Assembly: GCA_047602475.1 (NCBI GenBank)
Contig: JASGHE010000005.1
Span: 59,684-123,683, forward strand
Direction of reading: 5' to 3'
Length of the DNA stretch: 64,000 bases
Source: Gemmatales bacterium
GTDB lineage: Bacteria; Planctomycetota; Planctomycetia; Gemmatales; HRBIN36
Part shown: piece by piece, positions 1 through 7,947 of the stretch
How positions within the stretch are numbered: position 1 is the first letter of the stretch
Layout of the letters: each line of letters begins with the position of its first letter
Notes under the pieces: model-generated
The model's database searches: none
The model's input: the letters and a program-made list of their open reading frames with translations, nothing else
What the model was told of the DNA's origin: nothing
Position numbers and translations under genes: made by a program

Positions 1-851
1 AAATAGAAGTGATTGAAGTCGACATACTTCCACGTCCTGATGGCTATCTCGTCATTACCCGCTGTCGCCTTCCGGAACGCCAGCAGTACATCTAGATAGC
101 TGAAGGTGCAATCCCAGCCAACCATAAGGAGTGATGCGCAGAGGAGTAGTAAGCCTGTGATCGTCATCCCCAGCAAAACCTTCCATACTCGAGCCAATAA
201 CAGCAAGGGAACGATTAGTATCAGCAGCGTGGGCTTGTACAAACACAACCCCAAGGCCATTCCTGATGACCCGGCCATTCCTCGCCGCCAGAAGTACCAG
301 GCCAAAGCATAGCTAAAGAACGCCACTGCCGACAACTGCCCGCCCAGCCACGTCTCAAACAGAAACGGCTCGAACGAGACGGCCAGCAGTACCACCAGCC
401 AGCGATGTTGCTTATCCAGCAGCGGGCACGTCTGGAGTACCAGCATCACCCCGGCCACATAAAGTGTCATCGAGATCAGCAGCCAGATGGCCGCCGCAGT
501 GTCGTAGGAGAAAGGTATCAGCAGCCGTAGCGCCCCCACCACGAACGGCGGATGCACGTACGGGATGATCTCCTCTTTCGGCAAGTTCGGCAGCAATTCA
601 TGGTAAAGACGAGCATGCAGATCACGATCATACAGCTTGCTAGCATCCCCCTGATCAAGAATTTGTGCAGCGACATAGAACCCGGCAAAGTCGGCTCCCC
701 AGGGAATGCCCACCTCCGACGTGCCACGGTTTGACGAAGTCCAACTCACGATGGCCAGCGTCACACCAATCAATACGACGGCCCCGGCGATCAATCGCAG
801 ATAGGCCGGTTGTAGCCTCGCCTTCAGCCAGTCTTGAACAGGATTAGGCAT
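1..851 (-). CDS. Polytopic membrane protein, DUF2029/GT87-like glycosyltransferase (C-terminal part lies outside the window)
   Basis: Absent from the ORF track because no stop lies inside the window. Manual minus-strand translation from ATG (851-849) stays open to position 1: MPNPVQDWLKARLQPAYLRLIAGAVVLIGVTLAIVSW...GADFAGFYVAAQILDQGDASKLYDRDLHARLY...YVHPPFVVGAL. Several hydrophobic helices follow. The pattern resembles GT-C type DUF2029 proteins (family call from memory). Confidence 0.5.
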   Translation of the reverse strand, partial: MPNPVQDWLKARLQPAYLRLIAGAVVLIGVTLAIVSWTSSNRGTSEVGIPWGADFAGFYVAAQILDQGDASKLYDRDLHARLYHELLPNLPKEEIIPYVHPPFVVGALRLLIPFSYDTAAAIWLLISMTLYVAGVMLVLQTCPLLDKQHRWLVVLLAVSFEPFLFETWLGGQLSAVAFFSYALAWYFWRRGMAGSSGMALGLCLYKPTLLILIVPLLLLARVWKVLLGMTITGLLLLCASLLMVGWDCTFSYLDVLLAFRKATAGNDEIAIRTWKYVDFNHFY

Positions 852-985
852 GCCTTCTTTCATCGAAACAATAACGACCAACCCGCAGTACACTTCCTAG
901 AAAGAAAGTACGACTGGGCCAATGGATGACCCGGTAGTGCGAATGACATAAGTCACACAACTTGAAGGAGTATACCTTGCGAACG

Positions 986-2920
986 ATGTGGTTTCTTCTG
1001 GCAATCCTGAGTATCGGTTTTATGCCCGCAATCAGCCTGGCGGATGACAAACTCCCGCCTCTTATCCCACGTGATGTCCTCTTCGGTAACCCCGAACGAG
1101 CAGGCACACAAATCTCCCCAGATGGAAAGTACCTCTCGTACCTGGCTCCCGACGACAAGAACGTCCTCCAGGTCTGGGTGCGCTCCCGCGATAAGGACGA
1201 TGCCCGCAAAGTCACCAACGACCCCAAGCGTGGCATCCGCCAGTACTTCTGGGCCTATGACAACAACAATCTCCTTTACCTCCAAGACACCGGCGGCGAT
1301 GAGAACTTCCATCTCTTCGCTGTCGAACTGGCATCAGGAAAGACCCGCGATCTGACGCCGCATAAAGATACCAGGGTGCAGGGCGTCTTCCTCGACGACA
1401 AGTTCCCCACCACCGTCGCCTTCATGATGAACCAGCGCGACAAGACGGTCTTTGATCTGCACAAAATAGATCTGGCTACCGGCAAGGAAGAACTCGTTGA
1501 CAAAAATCCCGGCAACTTCGTCGGACTTGTCCTCGATGCACAGATGCAGCCCCGTGCCGGAATGACCATGAATCCCGCCGACGGCGTGCAAACGCTGATG
1601 GTGCGGGATAAGGTCACTGATCCCTGGCGCAAGTTACGATCCTGGCCCTCGGAAGAGCAGGGTGGCCCACTCTCTTTCTCACTCGATGGCAACAGCCTGT
1701 ATGTCATCGCCAACCACGATGCCAATACCGAGCGTCTTCTCAAAGTAGATCTTGCCACGGGCAAAGAAGAAGTCATCGCTGCCGATACTGAGTTCGATGT
1801 CAGCAATGCGATCATGGATCGCAAGCGCCGAATCCCCCTGGCCGTGGCGTTCGACAAAGCCCGGACGGAATGGAAGACTCTCGACAACAGTATAGAAGAG
1901 GACTTCAAGGTACTGAGCCAACTGCGTCGAGGTGACTTTAACATCACCAGCACCACGCTTGATGATCAGACCTGGATCGTCAGTTATAACACCGATGACG
2001 GCCCCGCGACTGCTTACCTCTATGATCGTGCTAACAAGAAGGCGACCTACCTCTATAGCAACAACAGCAAGCTGGAGAAGGTACAGTTGGCCCGCATGGA
2101 ACCGATTGAGTTCAAGGCTCAGGACGGTCTGCTCGTCCGCGGCTATCTGACGCTGCCTGTGGGTGTCGAACCAAAGAACCTTCCCACCGTTCTTCTTGTT
2201 CATGGCGGCCCCTGGGCTCGTGATGAATGGGGCTACAACGCTTTGGTGCAGTTCCTCGCCAATCGTGGCTACGCTGTGCTTCAAGTTAATTTCCGTGGCT
2301 CCACCGGCTATGGCAAGCAGTTCCTCAACGCCGGCAACAAGGAATGGGCCGGGAAGATGCATCAAGATTTGATCGACGCTGTCGATTGGGCTGTTCAGAA
2401 GGGCTACTCCAACCCGAAGAAGGTCGCCATCATGGGTGGCTCTTACGGCGGATACGCCACGTTGGTGGGCCTCACCTTCACGCCTGACAAGTTCGCCTGC
2501 GGCGTTGATATCGTCGGCCCCAGCAGCATCATCACGCTCCTCAAGTCGATTCCTCCCTACTGGGCACCGATGATGTCGATTTTCACTAAGCGAGTGGGCG
2601 ATCTGAAAACGGAAGAGTCATTCCTGCGAGAACGCTCGCCTCTCTTCAAAGTTGACAAGATCAAGGTTCCGCTGCTCATCGGCCAGGGCAAGAATGATCC
2701 ACGGGTGAAGCAGCCCGAGAGTGATCAAATCTACGATGCCATGAAGAAGGCCGGTCTGCCGGTGCAGTATGTTATCTATGCCGACGAAGGGCATGGCTTC
2801 CAGCGCCCTGAGAACCGTCTCCACTTCTTCGCCATCACCGAGAAGTTCCTCTACGAACACCTCGGCGGACGCGCTGAAGAGCTGGGCAACATGACCGGCC
2901 ACTCGGCAACGGTGAAGTAG
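986..2920 (+). CDS. Secreted S9 family serine peptidase (prolyl oligopeptidase / dipeptidyl- or acylaminoacyl-peptidase type)
   Basis: ORF 962-2920 (TTG) trimmed to the first ATG at 986, which follows GAAGGAG (965-971). Signal-like MWFLLAILSIGFMPAISLA. N-terminal propeller-like half, then an alpha/beta-hydrolase half with nucleophile elbow GGSYGGY, GKNDPRV and DEGHGF triad contexts. Confidence 0.9.
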   Translation: MWFLLAILSIGFMPAISLADDKLPPLIPRDVLFGNPERAGTQISPDGKYLSYLAPDDKNVLQVWVRSRDKDDARKVTNDPKRGIRQYFWAYDNNNLLYLQDTGGDENFHLFAVELASGKTRDLTPHKDTRVQGVFLDDKFPTTVAFMMNQRDKTVFDLHKIDLATGKEELVDKNPGNFVGLVLDAQMQPRAGMTMNPADGVQTLMVRDKVTDPWRKLRSWPSEEQGGPLSFSLDGNSLYVIANHDANTERLLKVDLATGKEEVIAADTEFDVSNAIMDRKRRIPLAVAFDKARTEWKTLDNSIEEDFKVLSQLRRGDFNITSTTLDDQTWIVSYNTDDGPATAYLYDRANKKATYLYSNNSKLEKVQLARMEPIEFKAQDGLLVRGYLTLPVGVEPKNLPTVLLVHGGPWARDEWGYNALVQFLANRGYAVLQVNFRGSTGYGKQFLNAGNKEWAGKMHQDLIDAVDWAVQKGYSNPKKVAIMGGSYGGYATLVGLTFTPDKFACGVDIVGPSSIITLLKSIPPYWAPMMSIFTKRVGDLKTEESFLRERSPLFKVDKIKVPLLIGQGKNDPRVKQPESDQIYDAMKKAGLPVQYVIYADEGHGFQRPENRLHFFAITEKFLYEHLGGRAEELGNMTGHSATVK

Positions 2921-2942
2921 AGCTGCATTTCATTCAACACTG

Positions 2943-2973
2943 AGCGGCGCAGTGGATCACTGCGCCGCTTTGT
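2943..2973 (+). terminator. Rho-independent-like terminator after the S9 peptidase gene
   Basis: Perfect 12-bp stem AGCGGCGCAGTG-GAT-CACTGCGCCGCT starting 23 nt after the stop, followed by TTTG. Confidence 0.55.
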
Positions 2974-2989
2974 CGCTATCATAAGCTTC

Positions 2990-3181
2990 ATGAAGGATAG
3001 CAACACACCATCAAAATCAAACCGCCTACCGCGCTGGCTGATCCCGATGTTCGTCTTCGGCATTCCGACTGTCGTCACCATCGTCGGGTTGATGATCGGA
3101 GCTCACCTTGTCGAGATCGTCATCTTCTCGATGTTGTGCCTGTTCTCACTTGCTCTCGTACTTTTCTATGGTCTGGGCTAA
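2990..3181 (+). CDS. Small (63 aa) two-helix membrane protein, paralog 1
   Basis: ATG ORF with a polar N-terminus and two hydrophobic segments. Aligns over its full length with the next ORF (core GAHLVEIVIFSMLCLFSLALV). Confidence 0.5.
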   Translation: MKDSNTPSKSNRLPRWLIPMFVFGIPTVVTIVGLMIGAHLVEIVIFSMLCLFSLALVLFYGLG

Positions 3182-3243
3182 ACGCCACAGACAAGTAGCG
3201 AGTGATATTTGGAGTCTCGTCGTCAGGTTCTAAGATAAGCAGC

Positions 3244-3450
3244 ATGAAAGAACCATCACCACCAGCGTCGTCGAATGCCTCCAACAGTAAGCGTGCCCCT
3301 GTGCCTGGATGGATCATAGCGTTGATCCTCCTGGGATTTCCATTCGTCATCATCTCGGTCGGCCTGTTCTTTGGCGCACATATCATGGAACTCGTCATGT
3401 TCTCGATTCTGTGCCTGTTTGGCCTGGCCCTCGTCTTCTTCATGCGCTAG
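3244..3450 (+). CDS. Small (68 aa) two-helix membrane protein, paralog 2
   Basis: ORF 3202-3450 trimmed to ATG 3244 (MKEPSPP...), matching the MKDSNTP start of paralog 1. Core GAHIMELVMFSILCLFGLALV. Confidence 0.5.
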   Translation: MKEPSPPASSNASNSKRAPVPGWIIALILLGFPFVIISVGLFFGAHIMELVMFSILCLFGLALVFFMR

Positions 3451-3530
3451 ACCTTAGGAATGCACGCTTGCTTGTTTGCTTTCTTTGGTTACGATGGAGA
3501 GACGCATGTACTTTCACTCGGTAGTGAGTT

Positions 3531-4112
3531 ATGTCTTCAGCACCTACACTTCGAGTATCACCCGATCAATATCTCGTTCAGGAGAGGAAAGCCTCCTATA
3601 AGAGCGAGTACTATCAGGGCGAAATCTTTGCGATGGCCGGTGCGAGTAAGGAACATGTTCGGATCAGTACCAACCTCATCAGCGAGTCGCATCAACAACT
3701 CAAAGGTAAAATGTGCGAAGTCTTTGGCTCAGACTTGAGACTAAAGATCGAACGAACCGGGCTGATGACGTATCCCGACGCTATCATCGTTTGCGGTGAT
3801 GCCCAATATTTAGATGGGGAGTTTGATACACTTCTGAATCCCGTCGTGCTCTTTGAAGTCTTGTCTCATTCAACTGAGAAGTATGACCGGGGGGCCAAGG
3901 CTGCGCAATATCGTCAGATTCCGTCACTTCGTGAGTATGTGCTCATCGCCCAGGATCACGTGCGAGTTGAACAATATCACCGTCAACCCGATGATCGCTG
4001 GCTGCTCACCGAGTACACAAATATGACCGAGACATTGCAATTGGCGAGTGTCGCCTTGACCATTTCTCTAGCTGATCTCTATAGACAGGTACGGTTTGCT
4101 TCTGAGAGATAA
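3531..4112 (+). CDS. Uma2 (DUF820) family putative endonuclease
   Basis: 193 aa. Typical Uma2 blocks: YQGEIFAMAGAS..H, YPDAIIVCGD, NPVVLFEVLSHSTEKYDRGAKAAQYRQIPSLREYVLIAQD (PD-(D/E)xK-like core). Confidence 0.8.
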   Translation: MSSAPTLRVSPDQYLVQERKASYKSEYYQGEIFAMAGASKEHVRISTNLISESHQQLKGKMCEVFGSDLRLKIERTGLMTYPDAIIVCGDAQYLDGEFDTLLNPVVLFEVLSHSTEKYDRGAKAAQYRQIPSLREYVLIAQDHVRVEQYHRQPDDRWLLTEYTNMTETLQLASVALTISLADLYRQVRFASER

Positions 4113-4300
4113 TCATTCAAGCCATGATCTTCGACAACTCGTTTGCATCGGCTTAAAAGTTTGTTACAGTCTGGTATCAACTTACTTCCTACCTGACTGG
4201 TTCCCACCATGAATCGACGTTCGTTCCTTGCCGCGGGCGAAGTTTAGTCGCAGGGTCTTATGCCCTCGCCCACACCAGACCGGCTGCCATCCCGATCGGC

Positions 4301-5029
4301 ATGCAAAGCTACACCTTCCGGAACTTCGATCTGGAACGGTCGCTCAAGTTCATGCAGCAACTGGGCATCCAGCAGGCAGAATTCTACCAGAAGCACATTC
4401 CCCTCAACAGTAAGCCTGATCAGATTGCGGCGATCCTGAAGCTCTGTAAAGAGTATGGCGTCGCTCCCATGGCCTACGGCGTGCAGGCTTTCACCAAGAA
4501 TCACGACAATAACAAGAAGCTGTTCGACTTCGGCAAAGCGGTCGGCATCGCTGTCTTCAGCGCCGATCCTGACCCCGACAGTTTCGACAGCCTCGATAAA
4601 CTCTGCGATGAATACAAGATCGCCATCGCCATCCATCCTCATGGCCCTTCGGGCGGCAACAGGATGCACCGCTGGTACAGTGCTGATCTCATCATGAAAG
4701 CTGTCAAAGATCACAACCCGCTTATCGGTTCGTGCCTCGATACCGGTCACCTCATCCGTTCCGCCCAGCAGGGCCACAAGCTTGATCCAGCTGAGGAGAT
4801 TCGCAAGATGGGTGCCCGCAACTTCGGGGTCCATCTGAAAGATCACGATAACGCCAAGAAGACTGATGTCGTTGTCGGCAAAGCTGCCCTCAAGGTTGAT
4901 GAAGTCTTCAAGGCGCTGCACGATGTCAACTTCAAGTACATGGTCAGCATCGAATACGAAGCCAACCCCCAGGACCCCTACGCCGACGTCGCTGCCTGCA
5001 TGGAAGTCATCAAGAAGCACAACGGCTAG
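4301..5029 (+). CDS. Sugar phosphate isomerase/epimerase (xylose-isomerase-like TIM barrel); its likely Tat leader is out of frame upstream
   Basis: 242 aa with AIAIHPHG, LDTGH and VSIEYE blocks typical of AP-endonuclease-2 / xylose-isomerase-like barrels. A twin-arginine leader MNRRSFLAAG (ATG 4209) lies upstream in another frame (see finding). Confidence 0.8.
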   Translation: MQSYTFRNFDLERSLKFMQQLGIQQAEFYQKHIPLNSKPDQIAAILKLCKEYGVAPMAYGVQAFTKNHDNNKKLFDFGKAVGIAVFSADPDPDSFDSLDKLCDEYKIAIAIHPHGPSGGNRMHRWYSADLIMKAVKDHNPLIGSCLDTGHLIRSAQQGHKLDPAEEIRKMGARNFGVHLKDHDNAKKTDVVVGKAALKVDEVFKALHDVNFKYMVSIEYEANPQDPYADVAACMEVIKKHNG

Positions 5030-5146
5030 CTAATTGGGAAACTATGACGAACTATTCCATAACGACTGTGCCACACTCCGGCGGTACTCCGTCGGGGTGT
5101 GGTTGCTGAGAACTTCACACCATTCACCTCGACCACGGATGTTGAC

Positions 5147-6421
5147 ATGTCCCTCTCCCGCCGACGCTTCCTTCAAACCACCCTCGCTGCCAGCACCGTC
5201 GCCGGCCTCGCTCCCGCCAGTTATGCCCGAGTCCTCGGCACCAGTGCCAAACTCGGCATCGGCATCATCGGCGTGGGCGGGCAGGGCGGCTTCAGCCTCG
5301 GCAACCTCACCAAGATTGAAAACATCGTCGTCCTCTGCGATGTCGATAGCAAGCGAGTCGAAAAAGAACGGGCCGCTCATCCCAGCGCTGCCTTTACCCA
5401 GGACTTCCATGATGTCATCACTCGCAAAGATGTCGACGGTGTTGCCGTCTGCACCCCCGATCACACCCACGCTCCCATTGCGATGGCTGCCCTCAAAGAG
5501 AACAAGCATGTCTACTGCGAAAAGCCTCTTTGTCACACGGTCTACGAAGTTCAGGCCTTGATGAACGAGGCGAAGAAACGCAAGCTTGTCACCCAGATGG
5601 GCACACAGATTCACGCCGGCGATAACTACCGCCGAGTGGTGGAAATCATCCAGAGCGGCCTCCTAGGCACCATCACTGATGTTCACACCTGGGTGGGCGG
5701 CAATTACGCAGCTGGTGATTTCCCGACTGATACGCCGCCTGTACCTGTAGGCCTGAACTACGATCTCTGGCTCGGGCCGGCTGAGTACCAGGCCTATCAC
5801 CCCGTCTTCCTGCCATTCTCCTGGCGGCGCTTCTGGAAGTTCGGCACCGGCCGTTTCGGCGACATGGCCTGTCATCATATGGATCTGCCCAAGTGGGCGC
5901 TGGGTCTCAGCATGCCTACCTCCGTCGAGACCGAAGGCTCGCCCGTGCATGCCGTCGGCTGCCCCAGTTGGGTGATCTCCCGTTATCTCTTTGATCGTCC
6001 CGGCGGTGGCGAACCGATCCGCCTCACTTGGTACGATGGCGACAAGCGTCCACCCCAGTTTGCCGACTCCAACTTCCCCAAGTGGGGCGATGGCAACCTT
6101 TTCGTCGGCACTCAAGGGATGCTGCTGGCTGACTACGGCAAGTTCAAACTGGTGCCTGAAAAGAAGTTCAGTCTCAAACTGACGCTGCCCAAGTCGATCG
6201 GCCATCACAAGGAATGGTGCGAAGCCATCAAAGGCAACGGCGAGCCGACCTGCCGATGGGACTATAGCGGACCGCTCTCGATGGCTGTGCTGCTGGGCAC
6301 TGTCTCCTACCGTGCCGGCCAAAAGCTCGAATGGGATGCGGAGAAGAACTGGGTGAAGAACTCTAATCCCAAGGTCGATGCCCTGCTCAAGAAGGAATAT
6401 CGGAAGGGATGGAGCTTATAG
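5147..6421 (+). CDS. Gfo/Idh/MocA family oxidoreductase with twin-arginine signal
   Basis: ORF 5099 (GTG) trimmed to ATG 5147: MSLSRRRFLQTTLAASTVAGLAPASYA. Rossmann motif GIGIIGVGGQGG. EKP motif (VYCEKPL). Confidence 0.9.
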   Translation: MSLSRRRFLQTTLAASTVAGLAPASYARVLGTSAKLGIGIIGVGGQGGFSLGNLTKIENIVVLCDVDSKRVEKERAAHPSAAFTQDFHDVITRKDVDGVAVCTPDHTHAPIAMAALKENKHVYCEKPLCHTVYEVQALMNEAKKRKLVTQMGTQIHAGDNYRRVVEIIQSGLLGTITDVHTWVGGNYAAGDFPTDTPPVPVGLNYDLWLGPAEYQAYHPVFLPFSWRRFWKFGTGRFGDMACHHMDLPKWALGLSMPTSVETEGSPVHAVGCPSWVISRYLFDRPGGGEPIRLTWYDGDKRPPQFADSNFPKWGDGNLFVGTQGMLLADYGKFKLVPEKKFSLKLTLPKSIGHHKEWCEAIKGNGEPTCRWDYSGPLSMAVLLGTVSYRAGQKLEWDAEKNWVKNSNPKVDALLKKEYRKGWSL

Positions 6422-6435
6422 ACAGGGATGCTCGA

Positions 6436-6681
6436 ATGCCAAATCTAAAGCAATACGGGCTTGTTCGTATTCGTGAATTGCAACAGCCTCCTTCACATTA
6501 TGATGGCTGGAAACTCAACAAACGGCCACCACGAGAAGGGGATATTGGTGCCTTGTTAGAGATTCTGCATGCAAAAGGGGCTCCAGATAGATATGTCGTA
6601 GAGTTATCGGATAATGAAGGAGTAACTGTCTGGCTCGGAGACTTTTTAGCTGAAGAGTTGGAAGCGATAGAAGAGCAATAA
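6436..6681 (+). CDS. Small hypothetical protein (DUF4926-like)
   Basis: ATG at 6436, 15 nt after the previous stop; 81 aa. LVRIREL...GDIGALLEIL...YVVELSDNEGVTVWLGDF resembles DUF4926-type small proteins (weak call). Visibly AT-richer than its neighbours. Confidence 0.4.
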   Translation: MPNLKQYGLVRIRELQQPPSHYDGWKLNKRPPREGDIGALLEILHAKGAPDRYVVELSDNEGVTVWLGDFLAEELEAIEEQ

Positions 6682-6691
6682 GCTCGTCAAG

Positions 6692-6713
6692 CAGGGCACG
6701 GTGTGCGTGCCTT
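6692..6713. repeat. Solo arm of repeat family A (REP-like hairpin)
   Basis: CAGGGCACGGTGTGCGTGCCTT, 11 nt after the stop of the small ORF. Same hairpin as the termini of the family A doublets. Confidence 0.6.
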
Positions 6714-6749
6714 GAACTCATTTGCTACCTCACTAGTTGGACGCAACTC

Positions 6750-7847
6750 ATGTCACATATCCCTAAACGTCTCCTCCACGGCCCCGGTCCCAGCGAACCC
6801 CACCCCCGTGTGCTCGCTGCCCAGGCCCAACCACTGCTCGGCCATCTGGATCCGGCGTTCCTGCAGATCATGACAGAAGTGCAGGATAAACTCCGTGACG
6901 TGCTGCAAACCAGGAACGCCTTCTCCCTCCCAGTCAGCGGCACCGGCATGGCGGGGATGGAATGCGTCGTCGCCAACTTGATCGAACCAGGCGATAAGAC
7001 GGTTGTCTGCTCAGCAGGTTTCTTCGGCGACCGCATGGCCAACATCGCCCAGCGCACCGGAGCCGTTGTCACCACCATCCCCGGTGAATGGGGTGATTGC
7101 TTTAGCCTCGATACCATAGAAGCAGCGCTGAAACAGCATCGCCCCAAGGTACTCGGCATCATACACGCTGAAACCTCGACCGGCGTGCTACAGCCCATCG
7201 ATAAGTTGGGCGAAGTCTGCCATCGTTACGATACCTTGCTGGCGGTCGATGCGGTCACAAGCCTGGCTACCGCCCCGCTCAAAGTCGATGACTGGCACAT
7301 CGACGCCCTCTACAGCGGTACCCAGAAAGGTCTCGGCTGCCCTCCCGGCTTGGCTCCAGTCACCTTCAGCGAACGGGCTGTCGAGACAATCAAGAAACGC
7401 AAAGTCCCGGTGCAGAGCTACTACCTCGATGTGGTGGAGTTAATGAAATACTGGGGCACCGATCGGATGTACCACCACACCGCCCCGATCAGCAGTGTCT
7501 ATGCCCTGCACGAAGGCTTGGGCATCGTTCTCGAGGAAGGCTTAGAGATACGTTGGAAGCGACACATGGCGAACTGGTCAATCCTCAAGACTGGCCTGCA
7601 ATCGATGGGTTTAAGTTACTTCACCAAGGAACACTGCCAGTTGCCTGCACTCTCAGCGGTCCGCATTCCCGATGGCATCGACGATATGACCATCCGCAAG
7701 CGCCTGTTGACCGAGTTCAGCATAGAAATCGGCGGCGGCCTGGGGCCACTCAAAGGCAAAGCCTGGCGTATCGGCCTGATGGGCTACGGCAGCAGCGAGG
7801 AGAATGTGGATAAGCTACTGAGCGCTCTTAAGGTGTGTTTGAAGTAG
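6750..7847 (+). CDS. Class V aminotransferase (alanine-glyoxylate / serine-pyruvate aminotransferase-like)
   Basis: 365 aa. PLP-lysine context DALYSGTQKGLGCPPG. Overall AGXT-like layout. Confidence 0.9.
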   Translation: MSHIPKRLLHGPGPSEPHPRVLAAQAQPLLGHLDPAFLQIMTEVQDKLRDVLQTRNAFSLPVSGTGMAGMECVVANLIEPGDKTVVCSAGFFGDRMANIAQRTGAVVTTIPGEWGDCFSLDTIEAALKQHRPKVLGIIHAETSTGVLQPIDKLGEVCHRYDTLLAVDAVTSLATAPLKVDDWHIDALYSGTQKGLGCPPGLAPVTFSERAVETIKKRKVPVQSYYLDVVELMKYWGTDRMYHHTAPISSVYALHEGLGIVLEEGLEIRWKRHMANWSILKTGLQSMGLSYFTKEHCQLPALSAVRIPDGIDDMTIRKRLLTEFSIEIGGGLGPLKGKAWRIGLMGYGSSEENVDKLLSALKVCLK

Positions 7848-7947
7848 GGCACGCTGTGCGTGCCTCTCAACGGCAGAATCGTGTCTCTGTAAAAACACTC
7901 ACAGTGACGAGATCAAGATATGGGTAGGCACGCACAGCGTGCCCTAC
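7844..7947. repeat. Repeat family A, copy A1 (REPIN/BIME-like inverted doublet)
   Basis: GTAGGGCACGCTGTGCGTGCCTC...GTAGGCACGCACAGCGTGCCCTAC. It fills the whole spacer between two convergent genes. Both stop codons (7845-7847 TAG; 7944-7946 CTA) lie in its termini. Confidence 0.85.

Noticed and set aside
844-1312. Minus-strand ORFs 844-1236 and 953-1312 near the S9 peptidase start
   Set aside because: They overlap the 5' end of the well-supported S9 gene and the start region of the DUF2029-like gene. Their translations are R/S-rich and show no motifs.
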